The notes beneath the pieces were generated by a model, which ran no database searches, was not told where the DNA came from, and worked only from the letters and a program-made list of their open reading frames with translations. From positions 32,001-96,000 of the IMG/VR virus record IMGVR_UViG_3300034103_001746: DNA of 64,000 nt. One strand, given 5' to 3'. Origin of the DNA: a virus. Of the stretch, positions 11,001 through 21,165 are shown piece by piece. A program made the position numbers and the translations under genes. How positions within the stretch are numbered: the stretch's first letter is position 1; each line of letters starts with the position of its first letter.

Positions 11001-14000
11001 CTCTTAACGGAAATTTATCTTCTGGCATGCCACTATATTTTGCGGGAGCTGGTTTTAGTGGCACCCCTGTTGTTACAAGTGTTTCTGGTACTACGGTAAC
11101 TTTAAATATACCATATACTGGGTCTAATAGTAATGATAGAGTATTCGAGTTTAATCAATATTCCTATTATAGATTTTCAAGAAGTAAATCAGTTTTTATA
11201 GACGACATATTGTCTAATTATAATTTAGCAATAGACAAGACTGGAGAAGTAATTGTTACATCTTCAGGAATTAAAATAGGCACGTCCGGTTTTACTGGTC
11301 CAATCACCATTAGTCCATTATTAGTGTGTCCAACTATTAATAATTCTGGTAGACTTATTTGTACGCACAAGAGAAGCTATGATGGTAGATATACTAGATC
11401 ATCAGCCTTATTTACTCCTTATTACTCTTCTTATATACAATATCCATCAACAAATAATTTTGGTTTAATAGATATAAAAACAAACAGTTTGATTCAGAGT
11501 TTTGCTCCTAATTATAATCCATATATTAAATTTTTGAGCGCCACCAATGCCTTTAGCGGGGTTTTAACGAGCGGGTCTAATATTATTACTAATTGTTCAC
11601 CAGTTCAATCTGGTAAAATTATTTCTGGAATGATATTATCTTCTTCTGTGTCTGGTTTTCCATTAAATAATATTGTTGCTATATCACCAACTGGTAGTAG
11701 TATTACTATGACTCTTCCTTTTAGTGGAATAAACACAACAGGTCTAATTGTATATAGCGGAAATTTGCCTCCGACCGATAATTATTATAAAGCCCAAACA
11801 TTATATAATGGTTCTGGTTTACAAGTAGAAAGATTATATAGCAGCGGAACAGGCTATTATTTAACTGGTGAGGCTATAGTTTATCCTGATTATGGGGTAG
11901 CTAATTTAGCTATATCTTTATTTGATATTGCTAATTTTTCTGAAAAAGAACTAACATATATAAAATTTAATAGTGCTAGTAATGGTCTTATACCGGTATC
12001 AGATAATTACTATACTAGCGGAGTATCTGAAAGTGCTTTTTCAATTAGAACACTACATTTAATGCCAGATTCTGGGGTTTCTTCTACGGGTTTATTAGTA
12101 TCCACATTTGATAAAGATCACGGATTTGTTCAGCCGGCATCATTGTCAAATTATCTACAACAGATACCCTCAGTATTTTCTGCCCCAAGTAAATATATTG
12201 TTACTAGTGGTAGTAGCGCATCATTTTATACTGGAGACAATCCATCAAACAGAATTCCTAAAAACAGTATTTTTGATATTATAAGTGTTACTGGTGATTA
12301 TATTATTATTAATGATAATAAAAATTATTTAATTAAAGAATCAAATAATGTTCCGTTTTTTGACATATATCAAACAACCTCATATATTCGAGACACAAAT
12401 AATAATACTATAGAACTAAGTTTTAATAAAAACTATCTTCAAGTCCATGATCAAATTTACTGTTCTTTTAATAGTCTTAATGGACAAGATCAACAATTTA
12501 GGATTACTGGTATTGATACCTCTTTAAATAAATATTATGCAAGACCGGTCTCTGGTTCAGTTACTGGGCTTAATAGCTCTGGTTCACTATCTTATATAGG
12601 AGCTAGTAGCGGATATATTTATAGCCCCATCAATAATTTGTCTTTTCATTTATATGGTGGAAAATCAGAGTCTTGGGGTAGAGACTCTACCGGTAAATAC
12701 GTTAATCCTCCGCTTACAGGATTTTTTAGAGTATATGACTCACCATTTTTATGTAAGAGCGGAACATTATGTATTCATATCAGCGGTATAAACGACTTTA
12801 GTCCTATAAATAGTGGTCAGTATTTTTATTTTGACTTTATAGATATGGTCAATAGTCCATTAATTGGTATTTTTGGTGTTCATGATAAAATTAATAATAA
12901 TATACTAACTTTAAATATCCCTTATAATAATAATTATATCAATCAAAGCGGTTTAGTTTATGTTATAGATAGTTTAGAAAACATAAAAACTAACAAACAC
13001 CCAAACTACGATAATAGTTTCAGCTCTGCTGCATTATTTACCACCAATAATAATCCTGGTGTTTATACCCATAATTTATTAAGATATAATGATGCTAATA
13101 ATAGATGGAAATATTTTATAGGTTTAAAAAATAATTTAAACCCTAATAAATACACAGAAACTTTTACTATTGGACTAGATTCTCAGTGGACTTCACAACA
13201 AACTAGATTTATTGTCTTTACTCCAGAAGATCTGTCATGTTCTATACAGTATAGTATCGATAATGTTAATTATATAGATATTTCTAATAATACTATGTCT
13301 ATACCTTCCGGTGTTTCTCTCAGACTTAAAGTTATTACTAAAAATGGAGCAGGCTATTGGTCAACGACAGTAAACGAATCTGCTCCACGAGTGAATATTA
13401 TAGGCATAGCTAACTACGAAATTGTAGACAATGAAAAAACATATAATGCTGCTTTGGGTCAATGGGAGATCATAGTAAGATGTGGAACAATTAATACTCT
13501 TACTAATAATAAACCCATTACAATAACAGTATCAGACGAAAGCGACAGAGTATATAAAAATCTATTTTTAACTGTTACTCAACCATTATCTTCTAGTGAT
13601 CTATCTAATGTTGGATATGGATATGTTGGAGGATCATATTGGAGAGTTTTATTTGAGGTTTATGGCGGAAATTTAAGTGAAGCTCAAACACCTAATATTT
13701 CTTTAATTAGTCAAGGCTATCCTGAATTTGCTACCGCTTATTCTACAGTGGAATATCTGGGCTATCCAAGTGGATGGTATGGTGTTTTAATACAGGGTTC
13801 TCCAGGATCTACTACTGGAGTGTTTAATCCGGTTGTTGCTATTAATGATGGTTCAACCACAATCTACAAAACCGGAACATTAATTGTAAGACCTGGTGCT
13901 GGTCCCATACAACAATATTCTATTGTTCCTAGAACATTTAATAATAATATCGTTAATAAGTATTTAAATACAGATATAAACGATTTTGGTTTTCTCATTC

Positions 14001-17000
14001 CTGTTGAAACTAATATTAATGCTAATTTTAATGTATTATTAACTAATACTTCATCACTTACTATTAATAATCCTATTATAGAATATAGACCCAATTTAAG
14101 AGCATATACTTATAGAGCAAATATTAGTGGAAATCCTGGTTATTATACGCCTTTCGTTAATATTAGCGTATCTCAACCTAGCGGATTATCTTATGCTTCT
14201 TATTCTTTATCCACCGGTATAGGATTGACAATACACAACAATATTTTTATTGATTCAGCAGAGCTTATTCAGCCCTTAACATTTGATATTAATAAAGACT
14301 GGTCATTTGATTTTTATATTAATGGAGGTGGTTCTGCACATAGAGAAGATGTGCCACCCAAAGTTTATTTGAGTAATACTCCTAATATTGGTATATATAA
14401 TACTAATGAAAGCGGTCCGCTAGAATATAGAATAGCATACAATTACAATAGTATCAATAAATATTGGAAAATCTCTGTAACAGGTAAAAGAGATTTATTT
14501 GGAGAATCTGCGGTTAGTACAGGCAATTATCCAATATATATATATGCTGAAGATTACACAGGACATATTTATGGAACAATTAATACGAATGTCACTGGTG
14601 GCTTATATCTTAAAAATATAAACACTAATAAATATGCTACTCCTAACAATGCATTTGAGTTTAATGCTGATGTTGGTGGAGCAGAATACGGACAGGCTCC
14701 ATCGTTATCTATTCCAGAAAACTTAAAAGAAGCACTTATTATTCCCACACGCACATATTATAAATACGATCCAGACATTAAAATTTGGGAAGCGTCTTAT
14801 AGTTGCTCTCCATTAACAGAAAAATGGGACGCGTCTGTTTCATTAGAAAATAATAATTTATTAGTTAAAGCTAAAGGTATTTTAGCGGATAAATTGTATG
14901 TGGCTGGGAGAATTACTACCGTTGAAACAGAAAATACTTTAAGTGTTTTTAAGCCATTAAATATTAAAAGTTTAAATGCTCTATATGAAGTTGAAGAAGG
15001 TTCTGCGTGGGATTTTACATTTATAACCGAAGGTGGTCTCGAAGACAGTAAATATCCTCCAGAAATTCAGTTATCAAATATGCCTACTGCGTGTACAGGA
15101 TATGATCCTAGAATACCTGATGCGTCTAATAATAGTTGTTTATTTACTAAACAGTGGATTCCCAGTAATAAAGAATGGATTTATAGATTTATTGGCTCTC
15201 CTATATGCTTATCTCAGGGCGAATTTAATGTTAATATTTTTGCTAGAGATAGAATTGGTGAAGCTACATATGGAACAGATAGTGCTAATACAATAATTAG
15301 ATATAGACCACTAGGTGATCATCCCTCGCCAAGTATTCAATCTATTTCAGATACATCATTATATCCCAAGTGTCAATTTTATCAATCTCCACAGGCTCCA
15401 TATAAAATTAATGTGCGTCAAACATGTCCTAGGCCAACAGGAATTACAGGATTAATTATATGGGGTTCATTGCCTTCAGGACTAACTATCTCTGATTCTA
15501 GAGCTGGTACATATACTCAGCCATATAGTGATTTAACAGGTGGTTTCATTACTATACAAGGATTTCCTACAACTTTTGCTAATGGTGGTCAATATTCTGA
15601 AAGATTAAATGTAGCTGTGGTAGATGCAAGAGGTAAATCTGGTGTTGTAAATAATATTACTTTTACTGACGTATCAGCCCCAATAGAGATTTCTCCAACA
15701 GATATATCAATTTATTTTGCCACGTCCGGTTACAGATCTACTCCAGCACTACCATCACAATTGTCTGGTACTGATATTATTAGCAATGAGTCTCAACATA
15801 TGTTAAGACCACCAGCAGTGCCATTTTCTATGGAATGTTTGAGTATTTTGCCACATAATAAATGTGTTTATTCTACTGGATTATATACTATAATTAATAG
15901 TAATAATATCAGACTAAGTGGCTACGGTACTAGTTCATCTTTGCCCTTTAGTAAACAAATTAGCAATAATCAAAAAATTTATGTAGAATTTGATGTTCAA
16001 GTACCCTCAATATTAAATAAAGAATATATAGCTACTAGAATTGATCAAAATACTATTCAAATCACAAGTAGTGGACACGGAATCAATACTTCTATATCTG
16101 GTTTGGCTAAAATATTAAAAACAGAAGGTAATATACAAACAATTTCTGTTAATAGTGCTGTTTATGGCGGAAATCCAACAATGACAGTTTCAGATATTAC
16201 CACAACTGGTTTATTAGGCGGTGGTGAGTTTAAAACAGTGAATTTTACTAGGGGTTTTGCAGGAAGAATGAAGCCATCGGTATACGCTACATTGGCATCG
16301 GGTGTTAATAGGACGAATAGTTTACACCTAGAAGACTTCAACATATCGGCAATACCCGGAGAAAATACTAATCCATATATTATTAAATTTACTAATTGTT
16401 ATGAGACAGGTTATTTTAGAGTCAGTGGAATCGTATTACCCACCCCGTCCTTAGACAGCACCGATCCTCCGCCCGGCGGCGGTAACAACTACTCATACAA
16501 TGATGGTGGTGCTATTGCTGTTGCTATTAGAACCTCTTATGGGTCAACAGAGTCTCAGAAATCTAATTCATTAAACGCTAGATCTTTGGGTGTTAATTAT
16601 CAAATTTTTAATATTACCAATAATTCTATATTAGAATCTGGTAATCTTAATACTAATAATAGTGGCATAACTAGTTTTTCCTTTATTCCTCCTAATTTAA
16701 GTAGTGGAGCTGTTTATAGTTTGTATTTACAGCATCTATCCAATCAAGCGTTCCCCACATATAATAAATTTGCTACTCCCTCTTTGCAAAATGTTTATTA
16801 TTGGGTACATAAGGCTGGTGCAAACGATGGAACGCCAGTTGCGACATCTTTTCCATCAGTAATTCCAGTAGAAGATAAATCTTTATTATTTGTGAGTGGT
16901 AATAATATTAGTAATGAAATGCGATTTGTGGGCGGGTATATTCCTAAAAATACTCTATCATTTCCTTATGGGCAATGGGCTTATTCTGAATATATTCCAC

Positions 17001-18298
17001 ATATTACAGGATATATACAAAAAACTATACCAGAAATTAAGTATGCTGGTACATATATACAAAATTTTAATAGTTCTGATTTATATTTAAATATTCCAAA
17101 TAATCCATTTATTAGTGGAAATAGGATTGGTGTTCAATTTACTTCGTATCCAGGATATACTAGTTTACCAACATCTTCTACAGGCTTGGTTTTAACAGAT
17201 GTGACTGGGAATATAATTTTATTAAGAAATGCTATTTCTCCAATATGGGGTACTAGAAGCGGAACCTTAAGTGCTTATGATATATTTGCAATCAGTTCCG
17301 GAGAAATTAGCAATCAAATTAAAATTATACACAGAACTGGTCTAGCAAATGAATTTGTTGTTAATAGACATATTGACTTAATAAATATGGCCGACTCCAC
17401 GACTTCTGTTCAAGGTAATATTTTTCCAAATCCATATAGACTACATATTATCTCTGGAACACCAACTCAATCATATGCTGCTGTTGGTTCTTTAGTATTC
17501 AGCGGTACGTTAACTAGCGGCAGCCCCACTATTACTAATTGTAGTGTTAATCCTTTAAATATCTTATATACAGGGGTTAAATTATCTAGTCCTACTCATA
17601 ATATACCTAGCAATAATCTAGTATCTTCGATTACTGCTAATAGTATTACATTAACATCAAATTATAGCGGAGTAACAAGTAATAATGTATTGATATACTA
17701 TAGTGGCTATAACATATCCGGTTACTATTCTAACATATTAAACAGCAATGGCACAGGACTATGTGAGGCTAGATACAGCATATATCGGTCAAATAATTTG
17801 CCTGAAATAGCATTTAGTTCAGGAATAGGAGTTAATGCTAATGGTCAGTCTAGATTTGCTGTTACTGGGATTCCTTTGTCTATAGGATCATATACATATA
17901 GAGTAATGACTTCTGAAAATTCGGGCCTTCCATTAGTTACTGGAACAACACAGTGGCCAGCTAAAAAGTATGGTAAAGACTATCCATTAACCATTACCAT
18001 TCCACCAACCATCGTAGCTCCTTCAGCCACAGTATCTTTAGTTAATAATTCTTGGTCTTATAGTTTTGCTGTAACTGGAGGCTACTATCCTAGGTCTGGA
18101 AGTTTCTTAGAGGTTGAGTTAAATGGTTATATTCATACTTTTAATCGCTCTGATACAATAGTGTCCGATTCTGGATTATTAATAACACTTAGTTCTAAAC
18201 CAGGATTTAATTGGTCTGGTATATTCCAAAGTCCAGTAGCTCTTAAAGTGTATGATGAAACAGGATATGACTTAGAATATATTAATGCGGTATATTAA
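8069..18298 (+). CDS. Giant tail fibre/adhesin (3409 aa)
   Basis: Contains collagen Gly-X-Y (GPQGEPGPMGPAGPAG), two GTY(T/S)KVT.D.KG fibre repeats, the SGLDADLLDG fibre motif, YadA-like NSLSVG.NN repeats and multiple Ig-like domains (e.g. GSLPSGLTI). Confidence 0.8.
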   Translation: MTIVNVIEENNTTKYLIISQQKDPSTLITTRVAITDNANNTIKLVDIQRGPQGEPGPMGPAGPAGQDAITFELLPIISGGTNNTIFTNDKIIYYDGSKLSSTNYSINDLLAISNADAITGIIPNTGLSKITNGSTVILNTNLGDGLTVDNSNNIIVDDTIARRVELTVGNISGILGINKGGTNNSVFNTNRLVYFDGSKLTSFPLDTGRIVTSGSTINIIAGSGLIGGGGLSLPSGSVVINIGSSEDILVAENTIELSITGVPGTYTKVTTDTKGRIVSGTFLTQQDIIDILGYIPWNPNNDGENSGLDADLLDGQDGSYYLNFSNFTGTIQTNVLPSNTVPGTYSKVTVSDKGLVLNGDNINYADVVTALGYRPVSVSGDTINGDLDIIGNVDISNGSLTLEDNLPIFAYDNASLLPNDPRGFSFVYGNTFKQTGILAYYPADNQLKLITDIFGTGTNDLGGGNSENNFNGEIDGGNSSSIYLLGNMQGDEAIVLLQHIADQRYISLTASQIISGIKTFSDSVNIFKYVNIVQGTGYSGPPIFVGGNSGLITNLNSDLLDSNHGAYYRNAVNLTGVLDYNNTTVSNISGITDYLPKFDNRTLGPSRTISNSIVKQSGASLIVVENGSLSVGSNNTVQGTNSLSVGANNRNNNTNTLSVGINNLTNANNSVAINNGSQTTAQNSLAMGSYGTTWLQNQISIGAFEELNPNDNITRIGLGQHSTAAIGYNGVTNGSYQNLSPLITIPNNKTILYNIDLLFTKLGGSGAAAFSFASGIAKNVNGASYILQNHSKSELYNDSQLREYIYAIRVGSATNQNQILSVEKPPLKNNLLEIQNLSSINRIRPELTEISGYFYKTFDGRILLQMNKPISSGWFEQYEDQFIIKVKSYNHGAVTGCIVNTQYTSGILFKPPSSGHLVKYVYNKDEFGISDYFWRGHYKNGFIDILNNDITSIDSANKFIFSGNLSNLSNNITNCSPSLNGNLSSGMPLYFAGAGFSGTPVVTSVSGTTVTLNIPYTGSNSNDRVFEFNQYSYYRFSRSKSVFIDDILSNYNLAIDKTGEVIVTSSGIKIGTSGFTGPITISPLLVCPTINNSGRLICTHKRSYDGRYTRSSALFTPYYSSYIQYPSTNNFGLIDIKTNSLIQSFAPNYNPYIKFLSATNAFSGVLTSGSNIITNCSPVQSGKIISGMILSSSVSGFPLNNIVAISPTGSSITMTLPFSGINTTGLIVYSGNLPPTDNYYKAQTLYNGSGLQVERLYSSGTGYYLTGEAIVYPDYGVANLAISLFDIANFSEKELTYIKFNSASNGLIPVSDNYYTSGVSESAFSIRTLHLMPDSGVSSTGLLVSTFDKDHGFVQPASLSNYLQQIPSVFSAPSKYIVTSGSSASFYTGDNPSNRIPKNSIFDIISVTGDYIIINDNKNYLIKESNNVPFFDIYQTTSYIRDTNNNTIELSFNKNYLQVHDQIYCSFNSLNGQDQQFRITGIDTSLNKYYARPVSGSVTGLNSSGSLSYIGASSGYIYSPINNLSFHLYGGKSESWGRDSTGKYVNPPLTGFFRVYDSPFLCKSGTLCIHISGINDFSPINSGQYFYFDFIDMVNSPLIGIFGVHDKINNNILTLNIPYNNNYINQSGLVYVIDSLENIKTNKHPNYDNSFSSAALFTTNNNPGVYTHNLLRYNDANNRWKYFIGLKNNLNPNKYTETFTIGLDSQWTSQQTRFIVFTPEDLSCSIQYSIDNVNYIDISNNTMSIPSGVSLRLKVITKNGAGYWSTTVNESAPRVNIIGIANYEIVDNEKTYNAALGQWEIIVRCGTINTLTNNKPITITVSDESDRVYKNLFLTVTQPLSSSDLSNVGYGYVGGSYWRVLFEVYGGNLSEAQTPNISLISQGYPEFATAYSTVEYLGYPSGWYGVLIQGSPGSTTGVFNPVVAINDGSTTIYKTGTLIVRPGAGPIQQYSIVPRTFNNNIVNKYLNTDINDFGFLIPVETNINANFNVLLTNTSSLTINNPIIEYRPNLRAYTYRANISGNPGYYTPFVNISVSQPSGLSYASYSLSTGIGLTIHNNIFIDSAELIQPLTFDINKDWSFDFYINGGGSAHREDVPPKVYLSNTPNIGIYNTNESGPLEYRIAYNYNSINKYWKISVTGKRDLFGESAVSTGNYPIYIYAEDYTGHIYGTINTNVTGGLYLKNINTNKYATPNNAFEFNADVGGAEYGQAPSLSIPENLKEALIIPTRTYYKYDPDIKIWEASYSCSPLTEKWDASVSLENNNLLVKAKGILADKLYVAGRITTVETENTLSVFKPLNIKSLNALYEVEEGSAWDFTFITEGGLEDSKYPPEIQLSNMPTACTGYDPRIPDASNNSCLFTKQWIPSNKEWIYRFIGSPICLSQGEFNVNIFARDRIGEATYGTDSANTIIRYRPLGDHPSPSIQSISDTSLYPKCQFYQSPQAPYKINVRQTCPRPTGITGLIIWGSLPSGLTISDSRAGTYTQPYSDLTGGFITIQGFPTTFANGGQYSERLNVAVVDARGKSGVVNNITFTDVSAPIEISPTDISIYFATSGYRSTPALPSQLSGTDIISNESQHMLRPPAVPFSMECLSILPHNKCVYSTGLYTIINSNNIRLSGYGTSSSLPFSKQISNNQKIYVEFDVQVPSILNKEYIATRIDQNTIQITSSGHGINTSISGLAKILKTEGNIQTISVNSAVYGGNPTMTVSDITTTGLLGGGEFKTVNFTRGFAGRMKPSVYATLASGVNRTNSLHLEDFNISAIPGENTNPYIIKFTNCYETGYFRVSGIVLPTPSLDSTDPPPGGGNNYSYNDGGAIAVAIRTSYGSTESQKSNSLNARSLGVNYQIFNITNNSILESGNLNTNNSGITSFSFIPPNLSSGAVYSLYLQHLSNQAFPTYNKFATPSLQNVYYWVHKAGANDGTPVATSFPSVIPVEDKSLLFVSGNNISNEMRFVGGYIPKNTLSFPYGQWAYSEYIPHITGYIQKTIPEIKYAGTYIQNFNSSDLYLNIPNNPFISGNRIGVQFTSYPGYTSLPTSSTGLVLTDVTGNIILLRNAISPIWGTRSGTLSAYDIFAISSGEISNQIKIIHRTGLANEFVVNRHIDLINMADSTTSVQGNIFPNPYRLHIISGTPTQSYAAVGSLVFSGTLTSGSPTITNCSVNPLNILYTGVKLSSPTHNIPSNNLVSSITANSITLTSNYSGVTSNNVLIYYSGYNISGYYSNILNSNGTGLCEARYSIYRSNNLPEIAFSSGIGVNANGQSRFAVTGIPLSIGSYTYRVMTSENSGLPLVTGTTQWPAKKYGKDYPLTITIPPTIVAPSATVSLVNNSWSYSFAVTGGYYPRSGSFLEVELNGYIHTFNRSDTIVSDSGLLITLSSKPGFNWSGIFQSPVALKVYDETGYDLEYINAVY

Positions 18299-18300
18299 TT

Positions 18301-19446
18301 ATGGCTAATATTATAGTTCAAACACCTCCGCAAAATGTTTTAGTAATCAATCAGTCTACCGATGGTAATTCTGATGGTGTGATTACTACCAATGTAAATA
18401 TTAACGATAATTTGCATAATTTTATTTCTTTAATTAGTGTTGATAGGGGTTTGCCCGGATTACCTGGGCCACAAGGACCGCCCGGCCCACCTGGTCTTAG
18501 TGTTATTGGACCTCAAGGACCACAAGGCATCCAGGGTTTGTCGGGTGTGCAAGGGCCCCCAGGAAGCGGCATCAATCAACTTAAAATTAACAATGTATTA
18601 ACATTAAGCGATCAATTTTCTAATCTTAATATTTTGGGTAGTGGCGGAATTTTTATTAATACAACATCCTCTGGTCTGTCTATTGGATCCATAATTCCCG
18701 CACCATTAAATCATGATCATTATGCTGCTAATATTATTGGTATACAAGAATATATAGATGACAGAATAGACACTTTATTACAACCAGGGACCGGTATATA
18801 TTTCAACTATAATGATCAACTAGATATATTAAATATTAATATTACTGGTTTAAAAATAGGTCAAGATGTTCAGGCTTTTAGTAGTGGTTTATTAAATTTG
18901 GCTAATTTATCCACCACCAGTGGAGACTATATTTACGCTACTGGTAACCAACAATATACTACTGGTAGAATATCGTCCGCTGGTAGAGCATTAATAGATG
19001 ATTTAACTTCAACAGATCAAAGATCCACTTTGGGTTTAGGTTCAATAGCCACTTTATCTTCTGGTGATTTTGCCAGAATAATAGGAGATAATAATTTTAA
19101 TGGTAGTCAATCTTTTTCTGACGGTTCCTTAAGCAGATTTTCTTCATATAATAATATTATAAGTGCATCTAGCTATAATATTCAACAGTCAGATAATGGC
19201 AATGTTTTAGTCTTTACGGCAAATAGTGTAGTTAATGTTGTGGTTCCATCTAATTTATTGGTAGGATTTAATTGTTTATTGGTACAAACCGGAAATGGAC
19301 AAGTTAGATTAAGTGGAATTAATTTAGTCAATAGAATTGGACACACAAAATTAGTTGGACAATATTCTATAGCAACATTGGTTAAACCCACAGCTAATTT
19401 GACAGTATTAAGTGGAGATACAACTAGCAGTAATAATAGTGGATAA
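18301..19446 (+). CDS. Collagen-repeat tail fibre protein
   Basis: About 12 Gly-X-Y triplets, an HDHYAANIIG His motif, an SAGRALIDD...QRSTLGLG fibre motif and a C-terminal beta domain. Confidence 0.75.
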   Translation: MANIIVQTPPQNVLVINQSTDGNSDGVITTNVNINDNLHNFISLISVDRGLPGLPGPQGPPGPPGLSVIGPQGPQGIQGLSGVQGPPGSGINQLKINNVLTLSDQFSNLNILGSGGIFINTTSSGLSIGSIIPAPLNHDHYAANIIGIQEYIDDRIDTLLQPGTGIYFNYNDQLDILNINITGLKIGQDVQAFSSGLLNLANLSTTSGDYIYATGNQQYTTGRISSAGRALIDDLTSTDQRSTLGLGSIATLSSGDFARIIGDNNFNGSQSFSDGSLSRFSSYNNIISASSYNIQQSDNGNVLVFTANSVVNVVVPSNLLVGFNCLLVQTGNGQVRLSGINLVNRIGHTKLVGQYSIATLVKPTANLTVLSGDTTSSNNSG

Positions 19447-19450
19447 AATC

Positions 19451-19732
19451 ATGATATTACCACCATTTTTCGGATCAGCAACAAAATCTGATGATAGAAG
19501 TTGGGAAAGTATGAGATGTTCTTATATTGGTATAGATACTTTGATTTTTCCTTTACCGGAACTTTTTATAAGACTGTCTTATCTTGGAATGGATTGTTTA
19601 AACTTTAAATTACCAGATAAACTAATCAATATGACATATGGCGCCATAGACACTATGACATACGAACTACCAAATAAAAAATTGCATTATACATATATTG
19701 GAATAGATTTATTAACATATGAGGTGCTATAA
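19451..19732 (+). CDS. Small protein of four 19-aa tandem repeats
   Basis: The ATG at 19451 is preferred. Repeats: MRCSYIGIDTLIFPLPELF / IRLSYLGMDCLNFKLPDKL / INMTYGAIDTMTYELPNKK / LHYTYIGIDLLTYEVL. Confidence 0.7.
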   Translation: MILPPFFGSATKSDDRSWESMRCSYIGIDTLIFPLPELFIRLSYLGMDCLNFKLPDKLINMTYGAIDTMTYELPNKKLHYTYIGIDLLTYEVL

Positions 19733-21165
19733 TGTCTACACTATTTTTTGAAGGGTTTAATCTTAAAAATACCGACAATACTATTTATTTAGACCCAAGA
19801 TATTGGAGTAGACCATTGAACGTTGTACCAGAAGTAACTTTTTGCGAGCTTCCTAATTTTAGTATTTGGCCCGCATATCGAATAGGAACCCAAGGACACA
19901 TTAAAATCTCTGGATATCGACTAGATTCTAATCCAGCGCAAAGTCCCACACCTCTGCAATTAAGTGGGGTTTCGGAACTGAATAGTGATAAAGTTTATAT
20001 TAGTTTTCGTGTTCAAGGTTTAACACATAATTATATATACAATAATACTCACCCCTATGCTGCAAAATTTTTTACCTTATGTAATGGAGATAGTGAAAGT
20101 TTAAGTTTTGAAACTGTAAGCATTAGCGGCGCCACTATTCAAGGAGGATCGTGGGGAAGCGCTGCTAATGTAAGTATGGGTATTTCTGTTAAGCAGTCTG
20201 GTAATCAGATTGGATTATTTGATTTTAGGGTTGGAGGCATAAGTGCTTATGGCATGATGGACAGATCAGCATATCATCCTGGAGGATTTCACCCATATTG
20301 GCCAATAGCAATAATCGACGATGCGGAATTAAGTAGGTTTGTACATTTAGAATTTCTGATAGATCGTACTACCAATATAGTTAATCTAAAAATAGAAGGA
20401 TTTGATGTATTAAATAGGCTGACAGCTCCATATACTTCTAATGTTAGTGGTCAAGCTTTTGATGTTATCAATAATATTAAATTTTATCCTATCGGCATAA
20501 CTTCTAATGTAATGAACACTAATTGTTCTTGGTCCTACTATGGATTAAATGGTGGAAGTTTAGCTATAGACGATCTTGTTATCGTAAATAATAGTGGAGC
20601 AAATCCTAAAACTTGGATTGGTCCAAAAAGCAGAATATATCATATGAAGCCCATGTCATGGTATGGGACTCCAGAGGCAATGCAAGTTGTTGGGGTTCAG
20701 TTTACTGCTGGTCCAGATCATGGGCTAGCTGATTGGCTACCTACTCCAAGTTATCCAGGCGTTCCTAATTTGGGTTCTAATATAATTACGTCTAGCGACG
20801 GAGACAATAGTTTTATTAGTACTGAAAGAAGTGGAGCAATAGCTGCTTCTAGACCACAGCTAGTTGGAGACTATAATAGTTTTTATCTTAATGGCATAGG
20901 TGGAATCAGAATATATAATGATGTTAGAAAAACATTTTTAGATAGTGATTTTGTAAATGTATATGGCACAGGAGACAGAATGACTTCTGGTAATTATCAA
21001 AATATTGGTCCCATACATACAGTATCAGGCGCGTTCTATGATTTAAAAAATTCTTTTATATTTAATAATCCAGAGACGAATACTCCATGGACATCTGGCA
21101 CATTTTTTAGGGTAGAAAATAATTCTGTGAAGGTGTCGGGATATTTTGGGGTTAAAAAATTATGA
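19732..21165 (+). CDS. Virion structural protein, probable lectin-like (LamG) beta-sandwich
   Basis: Starts TLFFEGF and contains FVHLEFLID...NLKIEG, AIDDLVIVN and NPETNTPWT motifs seen in phage tail-associated proteins. TAATG coupling to the upstream gene. Confidence 0.55.
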   Translation: MSTLFFEGFNLKNTDNTIYLDPRYWSRPLNVVPEVTFCELPNFSIWPAYRIGTQGHIKISGYRLDSNPAQSPTPLQLSGVSELNSDKVYISFRVQGLTHNYIYNNTHPYAAKFFTLCNGDSESLSFETVSISGATIQGGSWGSAANVSMGISVKQSGNQIGLFDFRVGGISAYGMMDRSAYHPGGFHPYWPIAIIDDAELSRFVHLEFLIDRTTNIVNLKIEGFDVLNRLTAPYTSNVSGQAFDVINNIKFYPIGITSNVMNTNCSWSYYGLNGGSLAIDDLVIVNNSGANPKTWIGPKSRIYHMKPMSWYGTPEAMQVVGVQFTAGPDHGLADWLPTPSYPGVPNLGSNIITSSDGDNSFISTERSGAIAASRPQLVGDYNSFYLNGIGGIRIYNDVRKTFLDSDFVNVYGTGDRMTSGNYQNIGPIHTVSGAFYDLKNSFIFNNPETNTPWTSGTFFRVENNSVKVSGYFGVKKL

